Below, one piece after another: positions 47,069-57,100 of a stretch of DNA of 64,000 nt. A program made the translations under genes and the position numbers. The stretch is from positions 44,380 to 108,379 of the forward strand of contig JBBDYN010000026.1 in assembly GCA_040901465.1 (NCBI GenBank), written 5' to 3'. The notes beneath the pieces are model-generated. The model searched no databases and was not told where the DNA came from. It saw only the letters and a list, made by a program, of their open reading frames with translations. This DNA comes from Xanthobacteraceae bacterium. GTDB lineage: Bacteria > Pseudomonadota > Alphaproteobacteria > Rhizobiales > Xanthobacteraceae. How positions within the stretch are numbered: position 1 is the first letter of the stretch; each line of letters starts with the position of its first letter.

Positions 47069-47130
47069 CTGCTCCCACGCTACTGTTTCTGCTATACCGG
47101 CTAAGCTTAGGCCGAGGTTGGGGGAACCGT

Positions 47131-48180
47131 ATGCGTTCGGCAGCGCAAAGGGGTGTTCCGCTAGAGGAACAGCTAGAGGCGCATCTCAGCGGGCGAACGC
47201 TCGACTGGGACAGCATCCGAATTTATCTGGAGGTAGCGCGGCACGGCAGCTTCCGGTCGGCGGCCGAGCGGCTGGGTTTATCTATCAACGTGCTGCGCCG
47301 GCGGATCGAGGAGCTCGAGCATCATCTCTCTGCCACGCTATTGACCCGGCACGTCGACGGCGTGCGCATGACAATCGAGGGGCAGCACATCCTCGCCGCC
47401 GCTGAGAAAATGGAAGCCGCGTCCTACGGAATTCTTCGCGCGCGCGACCGGGCGCTTCCAGAGGTCGCCGGTGAAGTCAAATTGGCGGTCACCGAAGGGA
47501 TCGGAACCTTCTGGTTGGCGCCGAGGCTCGTCGCGTTTCAGCGCGCGCACCCGCAGCTACTGGTAGACCTGAACTGCGCCATGCGCTCGGCGGACGTGCT
47601 GCGGCTCGAAGCCGATGCAGCGGTACAACTCACAAAGCCGACCGCTCCCGATCTCAAAATCGTCAAGCTTGGGCGATTGCATTCGATGCCGTTCGCGTCG
47701 CCCTCCTACATCGACACGTACGGCGTACCGAAAACGCGCGAAGACTTCCTCAATCATCGCGTAGTCATGCAATTTGCCGATCAGACGTCGACGAAGGAAC
47801 TATTCGAGCAGACATTCCCGGGCGTTCCACAGGCCGGATTTGTCGCCATGCGCACGAACGTCAGCACGGCACATGTGTGGGCGGTCGCCAAGGGCGCCGG
47901 GATCGGCTGGGTGCCGACTTACGTGCATGCGATCGGCGGCTTGATGGTCCCAATCGATGTGGACATCCGATTCCACTTCGACATTTGGCTGACGTATCAT
48001 TCCGACGCGGGACGAATTCCGCGCGTCCGGCGCATGATCGATTGGATTATCGCGTCGTTCGATTCGCGGGAATTCCCGTGGTTCCGCGATGAATTCATCC
48101 ATCCAAAAGATCTTCCGAAGGAATATCGTGGCGAGCCGCTGGTCAATCTGTTCGCCGGCTTCGCATGGCCGACGCCCTAG
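47131..48180 (+). CDS. LysR-family transcriptional regulator
   Basis: It has an N-terminal wHTH (IRIYLEVARHGSFRSAAERLGLSINVLRRRIEELE) and a LysR substrate-binding domain. It is divergent from the GNAT operon with a 62-bp gap. Confidence 0.9.
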   Translation: MRSAAQRGVPLEEQLEAHLSGRTLDWDSIRIYLEVARHGSFRSAAERLGLSINVLRRRIEELEHHLSATLLTRHVDGVRMTIEGQHILAAAEKMEAASYGILRARDRALPEVAGEVKLAVTEGIGTFWLAPRLVAFQRAHPQLLVDLNCAMRSADVLRLEADAAVQLTKPTAPDLKIVKLGRLHSMPFASPSYIDTYGVPKTREDFLNHRVVMQFADQTSTKELFEQTFPGVPQAGFVAMRTNVSTAHVWAVAKGAGIGWVPTYVHAIGGLMVPIDVDIRFHFDIWLTYHSDAGRIPRVRRMIDWIIASFDSREFPWFRDEFIHPKDLPKEYRGEPLVNLFAGFAWPTP

Positions 48181-48333
48181 GGACATTACGCACGGTTGTT
48201 AAACTTCAACCGGAACTTTGACGCAATTCATGTCTGCTGAAAAGATGCATAGCGCCGCAAACCGATACTCGCCTACGTCGACGAGCATGCCCACTTCAAC
48301 TCCTCATCCCCACGCAAAGCTCAGAGTCGGAAA

Positions 48334-48747
48334 ATGAAAAAGACCATGAAGACACAGAACGCAAAGCAGCCAAACGCGAAGTCACCGAATCTTGTCGACG
48401 TGGAAGTGGGCAAACGCATCCGCACGCGGCGCCTCGCCAAGGGCATCTCGCAGACGGCGCTCGGCCGCCCCCTCGGCGTCACCTTTCAGCAGGTGCAGAA
48501 ATACGAGAAGGGCGTGAACCGTGTGGGCGCTGGACGGCTGCAACAGATCGCCGAGTTCCTCGACGTGCCGGTCTCGTTCTTCTTCGGCACGACCGATGGG
48601 GATTCGCGCGACACCAAGACCATGATGGGTTTCATTGACACGGCGCACGCGGTCCGCTTGATGCGGGCTTATTCGCGCCTGGAAAACCGGAAGGTGCAAT
48701 ACGCTGTCGTTGACCTCGTCGAGCGCATAGCGGAACGCAAGAAATAA
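48334..48747 (+). CDS. XRE-family HTH transcriptional regulator
   Basis: 137 aa with VGKRIRTRRLAKGISQTALGRPLGVTFQQVQKYEKGVNRV, a typical Cro/C1-type HTH. Confidence 0.85.
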   Translation: MKKTMKTQNAKQPNAKSPNLVDVEVGKRIRTRRLAKGISQTALGRPLGVTFQQVQKYEKGVNRVGAGRLQQIAEFLDVPVSFFFGTTDGDSRDTKTMMGFIDTAHAVRLMRAYSRLENRKVQYAVVDLVERIAERKK

Positions 48748-48775
48748 AAACGGCACGCGAATTCGGCGCGCCGTT
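48742..48775 (-). terminator. Putative intrinsic terminator for the IalB-family gene (the hairpin is shared with the convergent XRE gene)
   Basis: There is an imperfect hairpin AACGGC-ACGCG-AATT-CGGCGC-GCCGTT at 48749-48775. On the minus strand it is followed by TTTTTATTTC. Confidence 0.5.
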
Positions 48776-48793
48776 CGTTCCCGGCCGGACCAG

Positions 48794-49486
48794 TTACTTC
48801 TTCTGGCCTTCCAGCTTCTTCAGGACTTCGTCGGCCTGCTTCTGCATGCCTTCGCGCAGCTTACGCTGCTGTTCCTCGACCTCCTTCGGGTCGACCGGAG
48901 GACCGTCGTAAGCCTTGATGAAGTCCTTGAGCACCAGCGTGAAGTTCACCGTGCGCCCGCCCTGATTGATGGCCTGGACGGTGAGCGCCTGGCCCTTCTT
49001 CATGATGTCGACGAACTTCGCGTCGATGTCCATGTCGCCGTAGCAGGCGTTCGGGAAGCAAATCGAATAGCGGGCCGGCAGCGGCTCGTTCTTGTCGATC
49101 ACGACGCGCATGCCGGGCTGCAGCTGCATGCCGGGCGGCACGGCGATGATGAATTGCTTCTTGGGTTCGCCTTCGACTTCGCGCACGGCGACCGAAGCAA
49201 GGAATTGTCCGGTCTCGGCGCGGATGTCCTGCGCCACGAGGCAGACTTCCTTGTTCGCCTGCGGATCCTTGTTGCAGATTTTGGTCCAGGGCGAAGGAAT
49301 GGCGACCGCCTGCTGCGGCGGCGGCTCGGCAGGCTGGCTCTTGGCCGCAGGGGCAGCCTTTTGCGCGGGTGCCGGCGCGCCCTTGTCTTTTGCCTGCGCG
49401 AGCGCCTCGGTGCTGAGCCCTGCCGCGAGCAATGCGGCCATGAAAACGGCCGTGCAGGTCAGCGCGATGGACGTGCGAAACTTCAT
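48794..49486 (-). CDS. Invasion-associated locus B (IalB) family periplasmic protein
   Basis: It starts at ATG 49486 and has a signal peptide (ALTCTAVFMAALLAAGLSTEALA). IalB-like segments follow (PWTKICNKD..., CFPNACYGD...). Confidence 0.8.
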   Translation of the reverse strand: MKFRTSIALTCTAVFMAALLAAGLSTEALAQAKDKGAPAPAQKAAPAAKSQPAEPPPQQAVAIPSPWTKICNKDPQANKEVCLVAQDIRAETGQFLASVAVREVEGEPKKQFIIAVPPGMQLQPGMRVVIDKNEPLPARYSICFPNACYGDMDIDAKFVDIMKKGQALTVQAINQGGRTVNFTLVLKDFIKAYDGPPVDPKEVEEQQRKLREGMQKQADEVLKKLEGQKK

Positions 49487-49720
49487 GCCAAATCCCCCGT
49501 GATACAGTTTGTTGCGGAACCGGCACGCCCCCACGCGCCGGTTGAGACCAATGTCAAAACATTCGCGATTTGCGTGACCAGTCAGCGTCAATTGAGGCAA
49601 GACCGAGGCGCAGAGCCTGCTTCGCGCTGCGCCATGTTATCGTCGGGAGGAAGTTACCACCTGATTCTCCGAGGTCCAGAGGGACCGGAGGCCGCAACGC
49701 AAGCGAGAGCGCAAGACGCG

Positions 49721-51529
49721 ATGACGGACTCTCTGCCCTACTCCCGTCCTTTGCTCGCGGCGCTGGCAGTTCTTGCGCTTGCGGCCGTATCGGCGACCGC
49801 GGCCGAGCCGCAACACGCGATCGCGATGCACGGCGAACCCGCGTATCCAGCTGGATTCACGCATTTCCGCTATGCCAATCCGGACGCACCAAAGGGCGGG
49901 CGGCTGACGCAAGGGATCGTCGGCAGCTTCGATAGCCTCAATCCCCTGATCGTACGCGGCAACGCGTTTCAGCAGGTGCGCGGCTACGTGATCGAAAGCC
50001 TGCTTGCGCGCGGGCTCGACGAGCCATTCACGCTCTACGGCCTGCTCGCCGAACGCGTCGAAACCGATGATGAGCGCACGTATGTGACATTCCATCTCGA
50101 TGCGCGCGCGCACTTTTCGGATGGACAACCGGTCACCGCAGAGGACGTTCTGTTTTCCTGGCAATTGCTGCGGGACAAGGGGCGTCCCAACCATCGCGCC
50201 TATTACTCGAAGGTGACGAGTGCGGAAAAAATCGGCAAGCGCGCGGTGCGGTTCGACTTCGGCAAGGAGCGCGACCGCGAATTGCCGTTAATCCTCGGGC
50301 TGATGCCGATCTTGCCGCGGCACGCAATCAATCCGGAAAAATTCGACGAGACGACATTTGCGCCGCCCATGGGCAGCGGTCCTTATAAGGTCGCAGAAGT
50401 GCGGCCGGCCGAGAGCGTGCTCTTGCAGCGCGACCCGGACTATTGGGGCCGCGATCTGGCGGCGACGCGCGGCTACTACAATTTCGACGAGCTGCGCTTC
50501 GATTTCTTCCGCGACGCCAATACCTGGTTCGAGGCGTTCAAGCGCGGGCTCTACGACGTGCGTTTCGAAAAGGATCCCGGCCGCTGGGCGACGCAATACG
50601 ATTTCCCCGCCGCAAGGCAACGCGGGCTGGTACGTGAAGGGATCAAGAGCGGCCAGCCGCAGCCGTTTCAGGTTCTCGTCTTCAACACCCGCCGACCGCC
50701 CTTTGCCGATGTGCGCGTCCGCGAAGCGTTGATCGAATTGTTCGACTTCGAATGGGCAAACGCAAAACTGTTCCACGGCGCTTACCGGCGTAGCGCGAGC
50801 TTCTTCGAAGGCTCCGAACTCTCGGCGCGCGGCCGGCCGGCCGACGCGCGCGAAAGCGCCCTGCTCGCGCCGTTCAAGGATGCCGTGCGCACCGACGTGT
50901 TGGAGGGCAAATATCTGCCGCCGGTTTCGGACGGCTCCGGCCGCGACCGGGCGCGGCTCAAGCATGCGCTCGATCTCCTTGCCGCGGCCGGTTTCGCAAT
51001 TCGTGGCGGAAGGATCGCCAACGCCTGGGGCGAGGCGCTTTCTTTCGAAATCATGGTAGCGACCAAGGACGACGAGCGGCTCGCGCTGGCCTATGATGGT
51101 ATGTTGCGGCGTGCAGGCGTCGCCGCGCAAATTCGCTTTGTTGACGGCGCGCAATACGAGCGCCGCCGGCAAAGCTACGATTTCGACATGATGCCCTATA
51201 CGTGGGACCAGTCGCTGTCGCCCGGCAACGAGCAGGCATTCTATTTCGGCGCCGAGGCCGCCGACGTGCCCGGTACCCGCAATTACATGGGTGCGAAGAA
51301 TCCGGCGATCGATGCGATGATCGCGGCATTGCTCGCCGCGCGGGAGCGCGAGGATTTTGTCGCCGCGGTGCGGGCGCTCGATCGCGTGCTGATCTCGGGA
51401 CTGTACGTGCTGCCGTTGTTCCATCTGCCGGAGGATTGGGTCGCGCGTTGGCCGGAGATCGAGCGGCCGAGCGAGCTTTCGCTGTACGGTTCGCCGATCG
51501 AAACCTGGTGGCGGAGAGTCAAGCAATGA
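49721..51529 (+). CDS. ABC-transporter family 5 substrate-binding protein (YejA-like)
   Basis: It starts at ATG 49721 and has a signal peptide (LLAALAVLALAAVSATAA). The N-terminus HAIAMHGEPAYPAGFTHFRYANPDAPKGGRL is typical of YejA-type oligopeptide/microcin binding proteins. No permease or ATPase genes are adjacent. Confidence 0.85.
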   Translation: MTDSLPYSRPLLAALAVLALAAVSATAAEPQHAIAMHGEPAYPAGFTHFRYANPDAPKGGRLTQGIVGSFDSLNPLIVRGNAFQQVRGYVIESLLARGLDEPFTLYGLLAERVETDDERTYVTFHLDARAHFSDGQPVTAEDVLFSWQLLRDKGRPNHRAYYSKVTSAEKIGKRAVRFDFGKERDRELPLILGLMPILPRHAINPEKFDETTFAPPMGSGPYKVAEVRPAESVLLQRDPDYWGRDLAATRGYYNFDELRFDFFRDANTWFEAFKRGLYDVRFEKDPGRWATQYDFPAARQRGLVREGIKSGQPQPFQVLVFNTRRPPFADVRVREALIELFDFEWANAKLFHGAYRRSASFFEGSELSARGRPADARESALLAPFKDAVRTDVLEGKYLPPVSDGSGRDRARLKHALDLLAAAGFAIRGGRIANAWGEALSFEIMVATKDDERLALAYDGMLRRAGVAAQIRFVDGAQYERRRQSYDFDMMPYTWDQSLSPGNEQAFYFGAEAADVPGTRNYMGAKNPAIDAMIAALLAAREREDFVAAVRALDRVLISGLYVLPLFHLPEDWVARWPEIERPSELSLYGSPIETWWRRVKQ

Positions 51530-53037
51530 ACGCCGGTCCGCCGCCTGCTGACGATCTTGCAACAGGCGTGTCGCTCGATGCGTTGTTCCGCTCGAACGCT
51601 CTGAACCGTCCGAGCGCAATTGCGGTCGTCGATCCCGCCGACCGCGCCCGCTACACTGACGGCGCGCCACGCCGGCTGACTTATGCCGAGGCCGATGCGG
51701 AGGTCGACCGTCTGGCGCATCGTCTGCAATCATTCGCGCTGCCGCCCGGGAGCGTGGTCGCAATTCAGCTGCCGAACCTGGTTGAAGCCGTTATCTCTCT
51801 GCTTGCGATCTTGCGTGCGGGTTTGACCGCGGTGCCGGTGCCGATGGCGTGGCGACGCTCCGACCTCGTGGCGGCGCTTGGCAAGATCGAGCCGAAGGCG
51901 CTCGTGACGCTCGCGCGCTTCGGCGACGAGCGCCCGGCCGAGGTGATGTGCGAGGCGGCGGTCGAACTGTTCCATTTGAGTTTCCCCTGCGTATTCGGAA
52001 CGCAAGTGCCCGATGGGATGATCGCACTCGACCGCGACGACGGCGGAACCGAAACGCAAGCCGCTCTCCGGCCCACGTCCATTAGCGCCGATGCCGTTGC
52101 CATCGCGACGTTCGATGCTGCGGCGGATGGTTTCTTCGCCTGTGGCCGCGGACATTCGCAATGGCTGGCGGTCGGTCTTGCGACACTGCTCGAAGTCAAG
52201 ATTGAATCGGGCGACACTATTGCCACGACGATTCCGCCGAATTCGCTCGCCGGCATTGGCACAGCGCTGGTGCCCTGGCTTCTGTCCGGCGGCATGCTGG
52301 AGCTTCGCGATGGCTTTTCACCGGGCGCGAGCGTGCCGGGCGATGCCAAGAAGCGAACGCATCTAGTCGCACCAGCCGCGGCGATCGGCGAGATCGCCCG
52401 GGGCGGCGGTGCACCGCTTGCTTCGTGCGTTGCGGTGCATCGCGGGCAGCACGCGCGGACGTACGATTTTTCGTCGCTTCCATGCGAACGCATCGTCGAT
52501 TTCTTTACGTTCGGCGAACTCGGCGCGGTCGCGCTGCGGCGCGAGGACCGTCGCCCGCCCTGGCTGGTCCCTCTTGGGCCGATCTCAGCGCCGTCGGTCG
52601 CTGGAGGCGCACCGGTCGTGATCGAGACGCGGATCAGCGACGGTGAGTTATTGCTGCGCGGTCCCATGGTCCCGCGCGGGCCGTTTCGGATTGGCGCACG
52701 CGCGCCGCGGCTGGCGGGTGACGCGAGCGGATTTGTGCATACCGGCTATGCTTGTCGCGCGGACGGCAACGGCGGGCTCATCGTCGGAGCAGGTCCGGCA
52801 AGGGTTGTTACGATCGGCGGTTTACGGTTTGGACTCGATGATCTCAGTTCCCGCATTGCGAACTGCGCCTGCGAGGCTAAGATCGAGACGATCGGGGATG
52901 CCCTCCTCGGTGAGCGGCTTCGCATAGAAGTGGATGATCCGGCGGCCGTTGCCGCCGCATTGCAGGCCGCGGGGCATTCGCGGCTGGTGGTCGAGGCACT
53001 GAAGCCCGCCATGACAAGGCGACGCGCCACCGGTTGA
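51526..53037 (+). CDS. ANL-superfamily (acyl/aryl-CoA ligase-like) protein with degenerate catalytic motifs
   Basis: The ATG at 51526 overlaps the upstream TGA (ATGA). The overall ANL pattern is present (LTYAEADAEVDRLAHRL, GELLLRGPMVPRG, FVHTGY), but the P-loop TSGTTGxPKG is replaced by TFDAAADGFFAC. Confidence 0.7.
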   Translation: MNAGPPPADDLATGVSLDALFRSNALNRPSAIAVVDPADRARYTDGAPRRLTYAEADAEVDRLAHRLQSFALPPGSVVAIQLPNLVEAVISLLAILRAGLTAVPVPMAWRRSDLVAALGKIEPKALVTLARFGDERPAEVMCEAAVELFHLSFPCVFGTQVPDGMIALDRDDGGTETQAALRPTSISADAVAIATFDAAADGFFACGRGHSQWLAVGLATLLEVKIESGDTIATTIPPNSLAGIGTALVPWLLSGGMLELRDGFSPGASVPGDAKKRTHLVAPAAAIGEIARGGGAPLASCVAVHRGQHARTYDFSSLPCERIVDFFTFGELGAVALRREDRRPPWLVPLGPISAPSVAGGAPVVIETRISDGELLLRGPMVPRGPFRIGARAPRLAGDASGFVHTGYACRADGNGGLIVGAGPARVVTIGGLRFGLDDLSSRIANCACEAKIETIGDALLGERLRIEVDDPAAVAAALQAAGHSRLVVEALKPAMTRRRATG

Positions 53038-53711
53038 TGAGGTCCGCTATGGCCGCTCCCATGATGATCGATGTCGTGTCCGACGTGGTCTGCCCCTGGT
53101 GTTACGTGGGGAAGCGCAGACTGGATCGCGCGCTGGCGTTGCGGCCTGACGTGCGGGCCGGATTGCGCTGGCTGCCATTCTTTCTCGATGCGGGCGTTCC
53201 GCGCGAGGGCATGCGGCGCATCGACTACATTTCCAAGAAGTTCGGCACCAGCGAAAAAGTGACGCCGATGCATCAGCGGCTGATTGGGATCGGCGCGGAG
53301 CTTGGCATCGATTTTCACTTCGAAAAAATCGAGCAACAGCCGAATACACTCGACGCGCACCGCATGATCGGCTGGGCGCACGAGGCGGGACAAGCGGAGC
53401 CCGTGGTCGAGCGATTGTTTGCGATGTTCTTCACCGAAGGCGCCGATCTCAGCGACCGCGACGTGTTGGTGGAAGCCGGCCGCTCCGGCGGGCTCGGAGC
53501 GGTAGAATTGCGGCGCGATCTTGCGAGCGACCGCGACGCGCTGTTTGTCGGGCGACAGGCGACCGCTGCCTCGACCGCGGGCATCAGCGGCGTGCCGTTC
53601 TTCGTGTTCGGAAAAAAGGTCGCGGTCGCCGGCGCGCAGGAAGTCGAAATCCTGAGCGCCGCCATGGACCAGGCGCTCACGCAGAGCGGGGAGCCGTCGC
53701 ACGCGGCGTGA
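53037..53711 (+). CDS. DsbA-family (FrnE/2-hydroxychromene-2-carboxylate isomerase-like) thiol oxidoreductase
   Basis: It has IDVVSDVVCPWCYVGKRRL with the CPWC active site. The start may be any of four in-frame ATGs at 53037-53064. Confidence 0.85.
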   Translation: MRSAMAAPMMIDVVSDVVCPWCYVGKRRLDRALALRPDVRAGLRWLPFFLDAGVPREGMRRIDYISKKFGTSEKVTPMHQRLIGIGAELGIDFHFEKIEQQPNTLDAHRMIGWAHEAGQAEPVVERLFAMFFTEGADLSDRDVLVEAGRSGGLGAVELRRDLASDRDALFVGRQATAASTAGISGVPFFVFGKKVAVAGAQEVEILSAAMDQALTQSGEPSHAA

Positions 53712-53715
53712 CGTC

Positions 53716-54162
53716 CTATCGGCTTGCGGAAGTCTTGCCGAAAGGCCAATCGATCACAGCCGCGGCATAGAGCGACCACCAAACTACAAGCGGCTGGAAC
53801 GGGAGCCGAACCCAGTAGTACCAGTTCGCGCTCGGCAATCCCTCGACCGACAGCCCCTCGATCGCGTTCTTGATGTTCGCGGGAAAGACCGCGACGAAAT
53901 AGATCGCGAGCATCACGCCCGCGAGCCTGCGCAGGCGTGGGATCAGCAGCCCAAAGGCGCCTGCGATCTCGCAAAGGCCGGTAAGGGCTACGATCTCGTT
54001 CGGATACGGAACGAAGTCCGGCAGCATTGGCAGGTAGCGCACGGGCAGGAGCAGATGATCGACGCCGGTAAAGACGAGCGCGATCGCGAGTCCCCACCGC
54101 ATGCAGGCGCGCCAATCGTCGAGACCCGGCACCCCGAGCCGCGCGGCGAGCGCCGCGAGCAA
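53716..54162 (-). CDS. DoxX-family membrane protein
   Basis: 148 aa with four TM segments and a DoxX-like pattern (LCEIAGAFGLLIPRLRRLAG). Confidence 0.8.
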   Translation of the reverse strand: MLAALAARLGVPGLDDWRACMRWGLAIALVFTGVDHLLLPVRYLPMLPDFVPYPNEIVALTGLCEIAGAFGLLIPRLRRLAGVMLAIYFVAVFPANIKNAIEGLSVEGLPSANWYYWVRLPFQPLVVWWSLYAAAVIDWPFGKTSASR

Positions 54163-54195
54163 TGTGAGTGCGCCGATCAGGGCGAAGAAGAGCAG

Positions 54196-57100
54196 TTACG
54201 CCGCCTTGCGTTCGGCAAGACCGACGAGCGTATCGAGCACGGATTTGGCACCGCGCAGGCGCTCCTGAATCCGTTGCCAGTCGCGAAAGACGACGAGCTT
54301 CTGATCGGGGCGCACGCGTGCAACGGAGCGCCCGTCCGTGATCCAGGCGATTAGCGCGTCGGGATTAGGGAACGTGCCGTCGCGGAAGGAGATAACGGCG
54401 CCCTTCGGCCCCGCCTCGATGCGCTCGACGTTCGCGCGGCGGCAGAGAGCCTTGATCGCGACTACTTCGAGAAGCGTCTGCACTTCGAGCGGCAACGAGC
54501 CGAAGCGGTCGACGAGTTCAGCCGCCGCGGCGTCGATCTCGGCTGGGCTCTCCAGATCGGCGAGCCGGCGGTAGAGGCCGAGCCGCACGGATAGATCGGG
54601 GACATATTCCTCCGGAATCATCACCGGCGTGCCGACCGCGATTTGCGGCGACCACTTGTCGGCGGCGGGCGCCTGGATGCCGGCCTGCAAGTGCGCGACG
54701 GCTTCCGCGAGCATCTCCTGATAGAGTTCGTAGCCGACCTCGCGGATGTGCCCGGACTGCTCGTCGCCCAGGAGATTGCCGGCGCCGCGGATGTCGAGAT
54801 CGTGCGATGCGAGCTCGAAGCCCGCGCCGAGATTGTCCAGCGACTGCAAGACCTTGAGGCGGCGCTCGGCCTGCGGCGTCAACGGCTTGTCGGCGGGTAA
54901 CGTGAAGATCGCGTAAGCGCGCGTCTTCGAGCGGCCGACGCGGCCACGCAATTGATAGAGCTGGGCGAGGCCGAAGCGGTCGGCGCGATGCACGATCAGC
55001 GTATTCGCGGTTGGAATATCGAGACCGGATTCCACGATCGAAGTGGAGAGCAGCACGTCGAAACCACCTTCGTAGAACGCAGCCATGATGTCCTCGAGCT
55101 GCTTTGCGGCCATCTGCCCGTGGGCGACAGCGACGCGCACCTCGGGCACATGCGTCGCGAGAAATTCGCGGGCGCCGGCAATATCTTCGATGCGCGGACA
55201 GACGAAGAAGGCTTGGCCGCCGCGATAGCGTTCGCGCAGCAGCGCCTCGCGGACGATGAGCGTGTCGAACGGCGTGACGAAGGTGCGCACCGCGAGGCGA
55301 TCGACGGGCGGCGTCGCGATGATGGAAAGCTCGCGCACGCCGGTGAGCGCGAGTTGCAGTGTGCGCGGGATCGGCGTCGCCGTGAGCGTCAGCACGTGCA
55401 CCTCGGTGCGGAGATCCTTTAGGCGCTCCTTGTGGGCGACGCCGAAATGCTGCTCCTCGTCCACGACCACGAGGCCGAGGTCGTTGAAGGTCACGGACTT
55501 TCCGAGCAGCGCGTGAGTGCCGATTACGATGTCGATCGTGCCGTCGCGAATTCCCTGCTTCACGCGATTGAGCTCGGTCGAGGACACGAGGCGCGAGGCC
55601 TGGCCGAGCCGCACGGGGATGCCGCGGAATCGCTCTGAGAAAGTCTTGAAATGCTGGCGCGCGAGCAGAGTCGTCGGCGTCACCACGGCGACCTGCTTGC
55701 CGTTGAGCGCGGTGGCGAAGGCCGCGCGCAACGCCACCTCGGTCTTGCCGAAGCCGACGTCGCCGCAAACGAGCCGATCCATGGGCCGGCCCGCGGCGAG
55801 ATCGTCGAGAACCGCGTCGATCGCGTGCTTCTGGTCCTCGGTTTCCTCGTAGGGGAAACGCGCGCAGAATTCTTCGTAAAGGCCCTGCGGCGGCAGGAGC
55901 TTCGGCGCGTCGTGCAGCTTGCGCGCTGCGGCGACGCGCAGGAGCGCGTCGGCCATTTCCAGGACGCGCTTCTTCATGCGCGCCTTGCGGCTCTGCCAGC
56001 CGACCCCGCCGAGCCGGTCGAGTTCGGCGCCGGCCTCCTCGGAGCCGTAGCGCGAGAGCAGTTCCAGGTTCTCGACGGGCAAGAACAGGCGCGAGCCCTC
56101 GGCGTAGTGGATTTGCAGGCAGTCGTGCGGCGCCCCGAGCACCTCGATCGACTTCAGGCCGACAAAGCGGCCGATGCCGTGGTCGACGTGCACGACCAGA
56201 TCTCCGGCGGAAAGGCTCGTGACCTCGGCGATGAAATCCTGGGCGCGGCGATGCCGGCGGTGCGGCCGCACCAGCCGATCGCCGAGAATGTCCTGTTCGG
56301 AGATGACCGCCGCGATGTCGCTCTCAAACCCGGCTTCGAGGCCGAGTAGCGCCAGGCCGGCGGCTTCCTTGGGCAGCGATGCTGCCTCGGCCCAGGTGGC
56401 GACTGGGCGCAACTCGGCGAGGCTGTGGTCGGAAAGGACGTGACCCAGGCGCTCGCGCGAACCCTCGCTCCAGGCAGCGAACACGACCCGCTTGCCCAGC
56501 GCTTGTAGGTCGTGCGCGTGGGTAACCACCGCGTCGAACAAGTTCTTACTCTCGTCGGCGCGCTCCGACGCAAAATTGCGGCCGGCCTTGCCGCCGGCTT
56601 CGATCACGTTCTTGTCGTCGGGCACGCCGAAGGGCGAAAGCCGCGCAAGCGCCGCTGCATCGAGCCGCTTCTTCCATTCGGATTCGGCGAGATAGAGCTT
56701 TGACGGCAACAGCGGCCGGTAGATCGGATGCTGGTTCGCGTCGAGCGCTTCCTTGCGCGCGCTGTAATAGTCGTTGATCTGGGCGAAACGCTCGCGCGCC
56801 GCCTCTTCCACGAGCGGTTCAAGCACGACCGGCGTATCGGGCAGATAGTCGAACACGGTGTCGAGCCGCTCGACGAAGAGCGGCAGCCAATGCTCGAGAC
56901 CGGGATGGCGGCGGCCCTCGCTCACCACTTCGAACAGCGGATCGCCCTTGGTGGCGCCGCCGAACTCGGCGGCATAGGCGAGCCGGAAGCGGCGGCGCGT
57001 ATCCTCATCGAGCTGCACTTCGCTCGTGGGGACGAGATCGAGTGCCTTCAATTGCGCGGTCGTGCGCTGGGTCTCGGGATCGAAGCTTCGGATCGTCTCC

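Noticed and set aside
54518-55768. A 416-aa minus-strand alternative-frame ORF inside mfd, and similar ORFs at 58776-60812 inside recG, 33626-34948 inside xdhB, 39455-40744 opposite the ubi hydroxylase, and 50288-51763 opposite the binding-protein gene.
   Set aside because: All lie within or opposite strongly supported genes and have the Arg/Ala/Gly/Pro-rich composition of GC-rich shadow frames.
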